Of a stretch of 64,000 bases of DNA, positions 11,999 to 26,270 are shown in pieces; position 1 is the stretch's first letter, and the number at the start of each line of letters is the position of its first letter. The notes under the pieces are model-generated. The model ran no database searches. It was not told the DNA's origin and saw only the letters and a program-made list of their open reading frames with translations. The stretch covers positions 3,803,455 to 3,867,454 of the forward strand of contig OZ316899.1 in assembly GCA_973895155.1 (NCBI GenBank). Direction: 5' to 3'. The position numbers and the translations under genes were made by a program. This DNA is from Marsupella aquatica (lineage: Eukaryota > Plantae > Marchantiophyta).

Positions 11999-14463
11999 TG
12001 TGTAATGATGTGTATGCGCACAACAAGGAAGATCCTTGATGCAGGGTATTGGTGGCCAACACTTCATAAGGATGTAAGTCTTTTTGTGAGGGGATGTGAC
12101 CCTTGCCAAAGGACAGATAAACCAGCTCACTCAAGGCATCACCCTCTTACCACCATTTTACCTCTTGCACCTTTTGAGAAATGGGGTATAGATTTCATAG
12201 TGCCCTCACCAATCCCAGCACCCACGCCTAAGTGCCCTTGGTGCCCAAATGTCTCCACGGAATACCTCAAGCAAGCAACCTAGTGCCCCTTGTACCGCCT
12301 GGGGCCCATATGAAGCCGAGCTTGCTCTCTAACATGATCGCTGCTCAATGGTCCTCACTGTCTGCACAAGCAACCAAGCATCTTGGTATGTAACTCTTCA
12401 CAATCTAGAGCTCACAAGTCTAGCATCCTAACTCAAGCTCAACAGACATTGATAAGTAGGTCAGTGATAGGTTCTCCAATACCATAAGCCAAAACCAAAG
12501 CCAACACCCTTTGTTCATCCAGAATAGCTCCTTCCTTGGATATAGCCTGGGTTCCCCCTCGTACCTATCCATCACCAATTGACCACCCTGTCCCTAGGAC
12601 ATGCTCATGGCCCAAATAGCGTAGCTTGTCCTAAAGCTTGTCCCAACATGCCGGGACCAAAATTGCCCTGACTCTAGCAACCGCCTCTTGGTTCTTGCCC
12701 AACTGATGGTCTAGGGGCCAAGTTCCCTTGGTACTCAACCTCCACGCCTACTTGGCCTTGCCTCCCCAACGCAACCTTCCTTGAGAGACTGAACGGGGCT
12801 TGGCTACTATTTTGGCAGGATTTGGCAAGCGGGCAAGATAGCCGCAAACCCCAAGAACCTATGGCACCCATAGACCCAGATAAGCTCAAGAGGATGTAGC
12901 CCTCCTTGAGATCTTTCCAACCCACCCAAGAAGTCCTCCAACGGACTTCTCATTGGGAAGTTATCGCCATTTCCGTTTGGCATTTTTCCTTAATGCCGCA
13001 ACCGCCGCGGCTCACGACTTCATCTCGCCCTTAGTCCCTAGGGAGACACCACTCCCCTCATATATGCTTGTGGATACCTGCCACCCCTGGACCAACTTTG
13101 GTCCCCAAATTTTAGCCTCCCACATGGACCCCAACCCGCATGTTTGGGAGCGCCACCAACTGACAATACCCTTAACTTTCTAGTTAGGCATCCGCAAGCG
13201 GAGTGCCTTAGCCCATTGTGATTGGGCCAACCCAGTGCTCACGCCTAGGCCCTCAAATCCCATTTTTGCCTAGGGCACCAAATTGGCCAAACCCGGATCG
13301 TGCCATAACTCGCGCCCCAAGCGTCCATTGCCCATGGAGTCAACTCCATTGGCCTTGGGCCCAAGAGGAGCTCTCACTCAAGTCCTCAGAACTCAAAGTC
13401 TGTCTGGGGGTCCGGATGGTCAACCTTGAGCCCGACCCTTTTCCCTTTGACCCAACCAACCCTCAGCTAGTCTAAGTCCATAGTGTGTGTCACCAAATTA
13501 TCGTCTTGCCATCGCCTGTGTCACGCCCCATTTCCCGCAAGTCTCACCATGCTAAGTCCTCCCCGGATGGCCTATCCAGGCTTGGACCATAGGGGAGCTC
13601 AACGTCGGAGTCAGCGACGCCAGAGTTAAGTGTTAAGGTAGTCGAGCTCCGCGACTCCAAGTCTAGAAGGAATCGATACATCCTTCTTGCAACTGATTAT
13701 ACTACTAAGTGGGTAGAGGCCAGACCAGCAAGCAAGGACAATGCTCTCACAGTAGCAAGGTTCATGCATCAGCAGATTTTTACCAGATTTTGGGCCACCT
13801 CTAGAGTTGGTTAGTGATAGGGTCACTCACTTCTTGAATGAGGTCGTGGAGGAGCTCACTAATCAGTACTTGATTAAGCATAGGAAGACCACGCCCTATC
13901 ACCCCAAGGCTAATGAGATGACTAAGAGAGCTAATGGGATCATTGGCAAGATCTTGAACAAAACCGTGGTGGTACACAAGACTAATTGGGATGACAAATT
14001 ATACTCAGTTGTGTACTCCTACAACCTTGCTTTCAAGGCCACAACAGGCCATAGTCCTTTCTACCTAGTTTTTGGACAACACTCATTTGTACCTGTTGAG
14101 TTTTAAGTGCCTACTTTAAGGGTGATTGTGGAGGAGAGAATGGAGGCTGACCAAAGTCTGATGGAGAGGGCTTACCAGCTGGAGGAGTTGGAGGAAATCA
14201 GGGAAGAGGCAAGCAAGCAATTGAAGAAACATCATGACAATAAGTTGAAGAAGCCGACTTCTTTACTTGCTGGACAGTTGGTATTACTCTATGATAGTAG
14301 GTATGCTCATTTTCCAGGCAAGTTGCATACTCAATGGTCGGGTTCTTATGTTGTTCACCAGGTTTATGCTAATGGGTCAATTCAGCTTGCTACTCTTGAA
14401 GGAGAGGTGTTCCCTACTAGAGTGCACCATGATCGATTGAAGCAATACTATAATCAGGAATAA
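11999..14463 (+). pseudogene. Gypsy integrase (DDE), interrupted by solo LTR B copy 2, with frameshift and stop
   Basis: ORFs 11972-12283, 13807-14106 and 14107-14463 align with the integrase in 52075-53895. Confidence 0.9.
12199..13656 (+). mobile_element. Repeat family B, copy 2, left junction deleted
   Basis: Colinear with 26271-27755; ends GCGACT. About 20 bp of the repeat start and a few integrase codons after GIDFI are missing. Confidence 0.85.
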
Positions 14464-15691
14464 GTGTGTTTGTGGGGACGTTGCACACTTAAGTAGGGGG
14501 CTATGTGGAAAGGCTCAATAGAGACTTGATTAGGAAATGTGTCAGTTTTTTGCTTTGGAGGAATAGTACTAACATAGTTTTAGTGGTTAGAGGAGTTGTT
14601 AGATTTAGGGTAACTTAATAACTAGGGAAGTGGAGTAGGGAAATAAATTGAGAGAGAAGACATGTTACTCTAGGAAGTATTAAGAGTTGAGTAAGTTATT
14701 TGGTGAGGCCGAAAAGAAGTTATGATAGTCGGCAAGTCGGGCCGAAGGAATGACCGATATTTTCAAGAAATATGTTGTGCTAAGACTAACACTATAGGTG
14801 CTAGGTAGTCCCTAGATCACACATAAAAGTTATGAAGTCAAGTGAGGTCTTAACCTAGGATTTCTGAGTATTTTGGCAAAACTTAAAGTTACCAAATAGC
14901 GGGTCCTGGGAAAAATAGCTGATGGGGAAATGTAAGGTTACAAGTTAGGAAATGGGTTAAATTTGGTCACCTCTATCCCTAGAAACTTGTGGGAGAACTT
15001 GGTTATCTTTGGTTACTTTTTGGGAGCATCTCAAAGTTGAGAAGAATTTTGGAAAACATAAGAATTAACCCTATTTACCTAATTTTAGAAAATTGGTTAT
15101 AAAGTGTTGTTTAGATCTTATTAAACCAATACATAGTCCTATGTCCATAGAATCTATGGAACTACTCAGAAGTCCTTTTGGACTCATGGGTGAGTTTTGG
15201 AGGCGGTCCAAAATGGCCAAGGAATGTTGTTATTTCCAACAAAAACCAGAATTTTTTCTAAGTATAAACTACGTCAACGGCGACCACGATTTAAGCATGA
15301 GACCGGGGAGAAGCAAGCACGAGGTCAGCTACACCATAAGAGGTATTCTATGTTGCGAGCAAACAGGAGTTTTGCTAGCGAGGCACACATGCTAGCGAGG
15401 CAACTTTCTGGGTACCATCACGGTAGCTGAGGGGGATTCCAAAGTAAGATTGTGGATTGTTTTATTCTGAAACAGTTATGACAAAGGGAAAACCAGATAC
15501 TTGAACATCCACAACCCATAAACTTGAGATCTTTACAACCTCAACTGAATGATGAGGCATCATCAATCTCAACAAAACTAGTTTAAAACCCTTTCACAAT
15601 CCACCTTTAATTAAACTCTGTATTGACATACATGTTCTAGAATGAGATTCCATCCAAAATTGATCATTAGTCATTGAGAATCCTTGGATTT

Positions 15692-18600
15692 CTAATCATC
15701 TGAGGAATTACTAGGATCGCTACTCGACTCCCTATCAGCCGCCTCAGCTGAATTGTCAACATACTGTGCGACAGTACCAGCCTCATCATCTATGAACTAA
15801 GGGCAATAAAGGGCTTTTCGAGCACCCCTCACTGACCGCAGACCTTTCCCCTCCCAAGTCAAAACAACGGGCGCTTCATCAACCTCCTTTGCAGACTTTT
15901 TAGCATAGCAAGAAAGAGAAAATCCCTTCTTAGGGGTCACAAGAAAATTATCATCAATTTCTTTTTGAAGACGGAATGTCTCCTCCGAAAACCAATCCGA
16001 AAGCCTATCACTGAAGAAATCACCAGCATCGGATCAATACTACGCATCCAAAAATTCTAGAAATAACAGAAAAACACCAAATAGGGGGTTCTACATTAAA
16101 GGCCAAGTACTTTACTCCAGGTCAAATTCATCCTTCTTGTCTGAAGGTCCGCCATGATCATCTCTTGGGATGGTGAACTCATCGTCTGATCCTTCATCAT
16201 TAGGGTCCTCTTTCTTCTGACCTGCGGCCCCTTTCAACTTCTGGGCATGTCTATCCAACACATTTGCCAGATTTTTTGAGCACACGGATGAAGAATGTCT
16301 CTATCTTCAACCCCTACAACAAATCTCCCTGCGTATTCCCCAGCGGCAAAAGCACTTCCATCTCCAATAGTCCAATCAATGACAATGTCCTTTGGCAAAG
16401 TAAGGATCTCTATTATGGCTTGCATGAACCCAACTGACAATCTATTGGAACCTGCAAAAGCCGCCCTAGGACTAGGATCAGTTTTCGGGTAGCAATCACT
16501 CAGCATCAATTTATGACGGGCATCCTCAAAAGAAGTCAGTGGAACATATCCAGTATGTTTTGGGACTTTTGCTGAGAATTCCACCTTGCAGAAGATATCC
16601 ATTATGAGAGTAACTACTTGAATTGAAAACAAGAATTTGTCAAAAATGGGTACTTTTGGTTAGCGAGCTCGCTAGTCAAAATTGCACGTGATAAACGAGG
16701 AATTTAATAGAATATCTTACCTCTATATCCATATTCGCCTAATACAAAGGAGATGAAAGCAAAACCAAATACTGCCAAACATGTTTTAATTTGTTCTTCT
16801 ACTCAACGGCATAATTTTTGTCTCATATGGTTCTAGTTAGAGCTATGAAGAACTGCAACATAACCATCATCGGCAAGCATCGGACGCTTGACTCCAAAGA
16901 AATAATATGGTAATTTCTCACTCCAAACATTCCACTTCTGGACCTCCCAATCTATGACACTCATTCTATGACCCATGGGAAGGAAAATGAAACCCAAGTG
17001 AGCACCAATCCCAGAGTATGGTTTGCCGTTGATTATCACTGGATTTGGGCGTTCGCTCGATTTTCTCATCGCAGACAACCACTGATCTGCATTGCCCATC
17101 CAAGGAGGTCTTACTTTCCCCTGGCTAATTGAGTTTTCAGTTTTGGTCAGATTGCTTAAATTTTCCAAGCAATGTCTCTCATTGTCCTTCTTAAGCCCGC
17201 ACATTCGTGCTACTCCTTGAGCGACGCATGCTTCCTCCTCATTAGAGTCAAAGAGAATTTGCACATTGCACTTCCTCTTTAAACGCTTGATTGAACCAAG
17301 GTCTACAACAGATTTTGTTGTGACCTCAACATCAGGAGACTTGAGTTCTTTGCCATCATCCGCCCCACTCTTCAAAGTCCCGGAGGCAACAAGCCTTTGT
17401 CTTCTCTGAAAAACATGTTCATGTCAGACAGGTCACTCAGACAAAATTACTCCAAGTGAAGTATGAAAATGAGAGGAGAAAAGGACTTACTTTGCTTGCT
17501 AGACAAGATTGAACCATCTTTAGACAAGTCCTTCACTGGCACCTTCCAAGGTCTCCTCGACCAACTCCGGTCGACGATGGCGGCCACACCAAGAACAACT
17601 TTCTCCATTGCCTCACATCCGCCAGCCTCTGCTTCTGCAAGAGCTAATTTGGACTCCGTAATGTAAGACTTGGGTATCAAGCCTTGATTTATCATATGAA
17701 AGGCTGCCTTCTCTGCAGTGTCAAATGGCACTGCCCATTTGTCTGATTCTAAATACCATGGACAATGGAGGATTTCTCATTCACTAATCTTCCTCGGAGC
17801 CTCCACTCCCTCACATGGATACATTGAGTACTCTCCATATTTAACAGAGGTTGGATCCTCTTTCACCCCTGCTATCCAAGGCAAGAAGCAAGCAGGATAG
17901 GACCACCAATAAGTTTTGTCAGCAACTTCTCTATCCACAAAAAAAATGATACGTATATCTCTTTGCCCTCCTCCAAAAAAGTGAGATGTCAATCTTCTCA
18001 CCCGACTTTGGTGGCCAAATCTGCTAGAAAAAATGAGTTTTCACTCTCGTTTGGAAATCTCCAAAGTCCTCTATGTCAAGGATCAGCAATGGCTTTGTCT
18101 TCTCAGACAAAGTAAGGATCCTCACATCTGGAACAATTGGGATCAACTCTGAAATAATCTCAGACATAAGTGAAGAACAAATTGACACCTGCTCCCATAC
18201 AGCCCATCGACAAAGCCAAAGTTTTGTTTTGCTATCAGAGAATTGATCGGGGTGGAAGTACTTCTTGCGAAGCTCAGGTCTGCATTGTGCCTCAAGGAGT
18301 ACACATCTAAGTTGGGGTGTCAATAAAGAGACACCAATAAATAGTCTTGCACAATCGAAACCACACAACACATTCCCCCTAACTTCCTTTATCGTTTGTT
18401 GTTGGGCCTCCTTCCTCTCGTGTTTGCAGTAGTTGTGCATCTCAACACACTTTTGGAAAAAGTCACCAAACTCAGGATTCAGAAGAGGTCCAATCTTTGG
18501 CACCTTCACATTCCAATTTTCTAGTTGTTCCTTCATCATGTCTCTCATAGCCATGTCTTGCGCAGCTTTAGAAAGCGGTTCTCCTTGTGCTTCTTTCAAC

Positions 18601-19650
18601 TGGAACTTCTTCTTCAAATCTTCAGTATGCGTTGCAATATTAGCAGTAGACAGGATGTATGTGCAAGCATTGACTGAGTGTCATGTTCTTCAAATACCAA
18701 GCCGGTTTCCTGATATTTGCCATCTTCTACTCGAAAAGTTTGTAGTTGTCTGCATCAATGATGTCTTTGTATACAGAAAGATCATTGCTGAGCACCTTCT
18801 GGACACGCTCGATCAGCTTCAAGCACCCACAAATTCTCAATGTGACATTGAGTCAACCTGAATCAAAGAAATAGGTCAACGAGATCACTAACAGGAGGAA
18901 CAAAAAGAAGTTATCTTTCAATTGAGTGCTTGAGGGAATCAAAACAAACCTATTCAATGCATGCATGGCCGACTCAATCTGCACAAATGAGTTCTTGTCA
19001 CCCTTGAAAATTTGGCAAACAACTCAAGGATGGTACTTGAGATCATGTGGATTCTTGTCTACAAGCTGCATCCACGAGTAGAGACAATGCTTTCCATAAA
19101 AAACACAAAACATTTTGTCTTTCAAATTTTTGAAAGCCTCGTGAGAATCATATTCCCTCTCAAATTCATCATCGCATTCTGAAGAATCCACATGTCATCC
19201 CACGACTCTTGAATTACATTGTTGCACATCTGGACACGGCCCTCTTTGTTTGTCATTTGAACGTAAAATCGAGGAGCATACTTGATGTATCCCTACATCC
19301 AAAATTAAGTCTTGAGGGTCTCAATCGCAGTCGAGTTTGTCTACAAGGACCAAACTATTTGCATATTTTGCATTCTACAAAGCAAAATCCTCGGAGGAGC
19401 GAGAGGGAATCCAAATTCATCAACTCCAAAAGGGAAAAGATGTCGATTGATGACAGCAGAATAGGGTTCTAAAGCGCCTGGTTGAAACGTTGGATTCACA
19501 ACATCCACTTGGTTATCTTTGGTCTCTTTAGTGTTTTCAAACCTGCCTCGAGCGCCTTGTTTGCAGTTTACCTTGTCTCCCTTCGGCTTGACTCGACTGA
19601 CTTGATGATCCTATTGATGAGAAGCTCTCGGGTGAAGACAATGGCTCCAT
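15692..19650 (-). pseudogene. Spliced gene: ParB/Srx-like N-terminus, helical middle, beta-class N6/N4 DNA methyltransferase fold, conserved C-terminal domain (copy 1)
   Basis: KMFCVFYGKHCLYSW (ParB DGxHR-like); LTLPKDIVIDWTIGDGSAFAAGEYAGRFVVGVED (motif I region of the permuted MTases); four GT-AG introns shared with copy 2; several stops and frameshifts. Confidence 0.75.
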
Positions 19651-20585
19651 TAGCAGGCCCATAACGTGATAAGGGTATGAACACCTTCAAGGAGGAGGAC
19701 GACACGCTTTGAGAATGAAAAGAAACCCTCAGAACCTGAGAATCAATTGTCCAGTCAAGGACAAAATTATACCTGCCTCTATTGCTTTCACCTGAATGCA
19801 TGACCCGGTTGCAAAAAGAGATACAGATATTCTGTACGATGCTCATCACAATCATTTTTATCACAATCATTTTTCAGACACCGTTAGGGATACATGTACT
19901 TCCAAAAATATGATCAACCAAACTCACGACTGAAGCAAAAGAATCAAATAACATAGAGAGAGGTGTCCTTTACTCCATCGTATCGTTGACATCTAGGTAC
20001 CCGTTGACCAATTCTAATGGATTTACGGTCATAATGGACACATTTGAGAAACTATTTTTGCTAGCAACATCTAGCCAAAAATTGGTTGTTAATTCCACCA
20101 GGTCATGGAGGGTGTTTTATACATTTTTGAACCATTTTACGTGGTTGTTTGAGCTAGCAATCTCGCTAGCTTTACCATTCCTTAAATAGTTGCATATAAG
20201 ACAAAATAATGGTCAGGTAACGAATAGATGGGTCATTTATTAAATAAAGATGTTTAGCCAAATCCCTAGATGAGAACGTTTTCCCATAGGCCTCATTCAT
20301 AATTGGGTGTACCTTGTAGGAACCACTTTCATGACTCAAAAACATGTTTTTTAAATAGTGAAAAATGACTTTTGTAACATGGAAAAAGCTTCATCATGAT
20401 TTTATGTCAAGACATTTAAGTCTAATTTTTTCACAAGACTATTACATGGTGTAACCTACCTCACCATGTAGATAAATCAAGTTTTCAACTGTTTTAAGGG
20501 ATCCTATTATTGATGGCCCTAAATAAGCCAAAATTATTGATTATTTTTGTCCTGTACATAAAGGTTTAGTGTGTGTCAATATTTG

Positions 20586-23300
20586 TGTAACACAATGATT
20601 TTTTGCAAAATCACTTCAAGATAGAAATAAGAAGCCAAGTATCACAATTAATTACTTTTTGGTGTTTTAAACGCTTAAGTTAACTCTACATGAGAAAGTG
20701 TGAAGGACGCTTTTGAGAGGCGACCCAAAGGAGAGAAAAAAATGAAGGATGCTTTTGAGCGATGTTGGGGGAATCTTTAGTTTTTGGGAAGCACCAAGCT
20801 CTTGTTTTTCCAATCCTGGAAGAAACCTTTCCAAAGTACGCATTTTCTCACCTCACATTACCCTTGCGATCTCCTTAGTCGATCAATTTCCCTCACCATT
20901 ATCCTCTAAAATATCTCTCACAGTCTTTGTCCCATTTTACAATGAGCGGCTTCCTCACACTAAGCCTCGAATTGGCCTATTTTCTTTCCACATAACTTAC
21001 TTCCCAAGTCAAGTCATGGATTGTAATTTCCAATGAATCCTACAATTGAATAAATCAATTATAGAAAATAAAGACTATGATCTTAAGATTTACCATAGAT
21101 GATATAATCACATGCTCTAGCATCCTAAGCATAACATTGTATCTTTCATCTTCATATTTTCTAACTAAAACATCTCTACAATCAACCTTCTTACGACATA
21201 CCACTCTAATGTCAATAGATGAAGGAAAATATGACACATTATTAGGAAGCCTATTCAAATCTAACTCCGGTGCATTTACGGGTTGTCTATTAAAATCCAT
21301 CTAATATAAAATAAAAATAGTTACATTCCATTCATTTCCATAAACAACAATCGGGTATACAAATGGTGCATTGCTATTCATAACTGTTTTCATTAACTCA
21401 AACCCAAAATGATAAAGAAGATGTATTCTCATGGTATGCTTGCTAAGACAATGAATTCTAATTAAGAAAAGATTGACAAATAGCACAGCAGGTGGGGGAT
21501 AAACTCTAGGTACTTCATTTATCATATTATTTATTACAAGCACACTAAATTGATCTCAAGACTAATAAACATAAAATATAAAATAGTTTTAAGGTCAACA
21601 ATCAAGTTAGTACCCAAACATGGATGTAAATAACAAACAAGACATGTGCACAAGAGGAGAAGAGTTCCTTATAGTGTTGCGAGTCCAACATGATAGATCA
21701 AACAATGCAAATGAGGAGAGTGTGTTCATCTTCACTTTATTTATAGTGCCCCTTTGTGCTTTCCAAGAGGGCATGGATCGATGCCTTGACCCTTGGATGG
21801 AAGCCAAGTGGCAAGCATCAAGCACCTATAAGTGTGCTAGTACTATTCATAGTTGGTGGAACTACTATGCATAATTGGTGGAATTATTACGCGTAATTGG
21901 TAGAACTACTATATGTAATTGGTGGAACTACTATGTGTAGTTGGTGGAACTACTATGCGTAATTGGTGGAATTACTATGCATAGTTGGTAAAATTACTAT
22001 GAGTAATTGATGAAACTAATGTGTACCATTATAGAATGTACACACTGCATATAGAATGTAATATATATGCTCTAATTTAGTACTACTATGAAGCTTTTAA
22101 GTAAAACTCTTTTCATATAAACTCAAATAACACAGTATAGATTCTAGCCTTCTAAAGGGAATCTCCATGACAACGACGACCCAAAGGCAACTCTCCAAAG
22201 ATGGTTTACGACTCCAGATTTATAGACTTGATGTATTTATTTAAAAATCTTCCCAACCTTAGTTTAATATGAAATCTTGATAGGGTTGTTTATTATAGTT
22301 CAACCTATTACCCTGCAAAATTTCAACCTTTTTAGACATCATTTATTGATATTTCAACTTTACTTAGTATAGGTAATTGTTATAAATGTGTAAAACTGTA
22401 TTTACCCATCCAAACTTAGAATTAACTAGATTTTTACTTTTTAGACATGAAGAGACATGTCTCTTCATTTTTCCAATCAATACATTAGCTAGACCCTATG
22501 TTGAATACCTACATATAGTTTACATTTTTTACCTCTTATTAGGAAGTGTTGTTATTGCAAGTTTGCTTAGGCAAACTCTATTTCTTTGCAAGTTAGGGTT
22601 GGCAAGATTTCTAGTGTTTGTATTAAGGAGTCTCCCTTTTTCCCTGGACCTTGGTGTCGTTGCACCACCCCAAGTAAAGTGTTAATGAAAGTTTTCTACA
22701 TGTTTTGAAAACTTGAGTCAACAGATTCCGTCATGTCGGTGACTTGACCTCGTCTTTAAACTTTTGGTGTTATGCTATTTTGAAAGAGGATTGTTTGGGA
22801 ACGGGATGCTAAGATTCTCTCATCATATAGACATTGATTTTATTTGTGAATGATGTTGCGGACATTCATTTCTCATAGTACCGCCCAGATGTTGAAGTGG
22901 TAGTCTATTAGTCATTTCCCAAGTATCACTTAGGAAGAAAAGAAAATGCGTATTGATGACACTTTAATATGATTCTCTAGTATACATACTGAATCCTGAA
23001 ATGAGTGATGGATTCCTCATTGCAATTATTTACATATGGAATTATGAAGAAAAGGAACCTTGACATATGTCAACCTCTTTCTTCATACCCTGAAAGAATG
23101 ATTTTTACTTAAATTGTGTTTGTTATTTGAATCATTTTCATTATTTTATAATTTAGAATTATAGAGCTTATGAGTAAAAGCTCTCAAAATCACTCAAAAT
23201 ACACTAAATTAGTCATTTCACTCCTATTTGTTCTTTACAGAAACGAATACCGTGTTTGGAAACCTTAAAGTCTACTTTTGGTTCTTCATGGCAAACTACA
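20586..23300 (+). mobile_element. Solo LTR G (2715 bp) inserted in the MULE intergenic region
   Basis: TGTAACAC...ACTACA with 5-bp TSD ATTTG (20581-20585, 23301-23305). Its length accounts for the intergenic size difference between the two MULE units. Confidence 0.85.
21841..22014. repeat. 22-bp minisatellite, about 8 copies
   Basis: Consensus ACTACTATGCGTAATTGGTGGA, head-to-tail with no spacers. Confidence 0.95.
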
Positions 23301-26270
23301 ATTTGAGTTTTGAAATATAAGACTATTCTATTAGTATGCATGCTTTGGTAAAATTTCATTGTCTAAAATGCATTTTTTAGAGTCCTTTCGAATCCTTAAT
23401 AATGTGACATGTTGCGTGACAAGTCCTTTAAATTTATCAATCTTTGAAGGACATATAAGGAAAGCTTCAAAGTCTCAAATGCTAGATAGTTTAATGAATG
23501 TTACCAACCTACAGGATATTTATTAAGTATAGTACATCAAATTTTCTATATCATCTCATTACACCCTACAAATGATATCCTAAAGCATAATAAACTATGG
23601 TTACTTTTGAGTGTGACGTTCCTTTTGGGTGCTCCAATTGTGAATGAGGCCAATATGTATATTGGGAACTAGGAGGACGACATATCTCACAATTGAGGCT
23701 TGTTGCAGATTCTCATACTCAAAACTGTAGACATGTCTTCTCTAGAATCGAAGGTTGTGATTGAGAGAATGAAGACGGGTGATCTCTGTGAAGGAGTTTT
23801 TCCTGTTATCAAGGTTTGGGCTTTTGGAAGATGATTTCTCCTGGAAGTTGTTCCTTCTTTATTCTAGGAATGGGTCCAGAAATCACAAGTTGCCGGATAA
23901 TGGTTCAGGAATATTGCCAGACAGAGTTTGGGACCTGAAATGTGGTTCAGTTGTAGAGATAGTCTCATGTAAGGATGACATTCCACATATCAATGTTTTA
24001 GATCCAAACTCGCCGACTCCACCGACGTTAGCTGTACCCAAAATTAGCGACATCTCCCCTAAGAGTGTGGGTCGGGATCTCTCTTCTACATCAACGAAGT
24101 CTTCTACGAAAGCCCTCTTTGAAGCTGTGAGTCAGAATGAGTTTCAGTCTAAGCCAGTTCTATATAGAGTAAGTGCATATGATGTCTTCCTCAATATTAC
24201 TGGGTCAAGCAAGTTGGCAAATTTCCAGAGGGGAAACAATTGGAAGGAGATCCAAGTACACACTTTGCCCACTTCATACAATGGGAACTGCATTTTTGAG
24301 CTTCCTCCAGTCGAAGGTCAATTTCATTGAGGATATGGTCTTCAGGGCATGGATAGGGATAATGATGGCTACCCTTGGACGAGTCTTGTCACAACTTCAG
24401 CGAATCTCAAACCCTGCAACCACTGGTCTGTGTCGAAAGCAAGATGTGCGGGTGTCCTTGAATGTCAAAATCTGGTATGTAGAAAGTTGAAGCACACCGG
24501 TTCCAAAAATGGCTCTTCCTTCTGAGGAAAGGGACAATTTACTGAGTCGTTCTATCTTGGTGAGTTTGTGGAGGAAGGACGGTTGGTGTGTGGATTCTGT
24601 GAGGAGCGGCCTCTTTGCATCCGACAATGTCCGGCTAGACTTTTGTACGTCTATTTTAAGCCGTCTTTAGAGGCAAATGTTGCAAAGCATATGTCTCGAT
24701 TGGCTGTTCACATGGGTTTCCACAACCACGTTGTTTGGAAAGGAAAATCTTGATTGGCACAAAAAAAGGCGGAGGAGATTGTTTCTGGTGTTCACATAGT
24801 AAATCTTGTGAGTACGCCAGGGTGTGTGCTTAACAAGTCTCTTGGAAACCTGGTTTCTCTTCTGCATCCAGAGTCTTCTTTGGAATTGTCTAAAGAAGAA
24901 GAGAGAGAGATTTGGGAGTCAATGAAGGTTGTGTCTACTGTTGAGAAATTCCAGGCCATATTCCGGAGCGTGAAAATGGATAACCCAAAAAAAGGTGAGT
25001 TGGACTTGCTTTGTGAGATGCAAGCCTGGAATAATTTTCCTTTCGTTTAGAGGTACCTTTTCCCTAGCCAGGGGAGCAACATTGATCGGGCTCATGTCTT
25101 CAAAATGAGTACAAATGGCCCAAGTTTGGGTGTTGATATTCTCAGGCAAATGAGGAGTGGAGGTGTCCTGGAAGGCGCATGGGTTAGTTTTGATGTGATG
25201 CGGCGAATTAGCATTGGGTGGCTGACATTGAGTGCCCATGTGTACGACCATAATTACAAGTCCATTTGTACCATCTTCACTTGTGAGCTCCGTGCGAAGG
25301 ACTCCTTCTCCCTCAAAACCGCATGGAGACATATGATTGAAGTTGCCTCTCATCATGACGTTCATGACCTGGTCATTGGAGGATTTATTGCTGATACTGC
25401 CGAGGCTGGATGGATCGTCGTGCAAATTTTATTTTTTTGGAGTCCGTCACCCTGAGAAGGAGCACAATGACGCCTTTCACTTTTCTCAATCTCTTTGTAG
25501 GCACACATTGGAGGGTATTCATGAAGATTGACATTGGGAGCACTATAAAATATGGGAAAGGCTGAGAACAGCACCAACATATGTCCAAGCATATCGAGTG
25601 GCCAATGAAATACATCGTTGGTGGAAGGAAGGAAACTGCTATGCTAGGAAATTGAAGTCCCTCCAAGGATGGATTTCTTGGTGGATAGTGAGATGGAGAC
25701 AGTGGGGGAACTTCATCCGCGTAGTAAGTGACATACTTCCTATCTCTTTGATGTCCTTGTTTTTTGGCTAGCGATCTTGATAGTATATCATGTACGTTTT
25801 TGACGGGACTTTTTTACACAGACGCAAACCGCAATGGAGTCAATCCTGATTGCCAAATTGTACTCCTCGCATGCATCCATAAAATCCTGCCAAATGAAGA
25901 AACTAGTGGCCTTGATTGAAGCATGCAAGGTGGACGAGAATTGTGTTGCAGGGCAAATTGCTGCCTTTACAGCCTACACTGAAGGTGTTCACAGAGGCCA
26001 AGGGCCGACCATTTTTGAGTTAGCATATAGGAACGCCGATGCTATGGGATCAATGGATGCTTACAAAAGGGCAGCAAATCTTTTGCTTTAGTCATCAGCT
26101 AAGTATGAATTCTATGGAACAAGACCATTACATGGGGATATCTAAACAACATTGACAAAGAGGAAAGGGAAAGCTTCAGCTACAATCCACGAGAACGACT
26201 CCCATAGACATGACAAAGTGTCACGCACAACAGCTTCTCCTTCAAGTCTAAAAAGGCGTAATCTTTATCC

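Larger units (their letters stand above)
11990..15340 (+). mobile_element. Ty3/Gypsy remnant E: integrase, PPT and start of 3' LTR
   Basis: Integrase motifs GYWWPTL...CDPCQ, KWGIDFI, TDYTTKWVEA, SDRVTHF, NEMTKRANG, WSGSY. PPT AAGTAGGGGGCTA at 14491-14503, then LTR start TGTGGAAAGG at 14504. Confidence 0.85.

Noticed and set aside
21841-22014. 22-bp array as a CRISPR or as a MULE cis-element array
   Set aside because: Units are head-to-tail with no unique spacers, and the array lies inside TSD-bounded solo LTR G rather than in MULE sequence.
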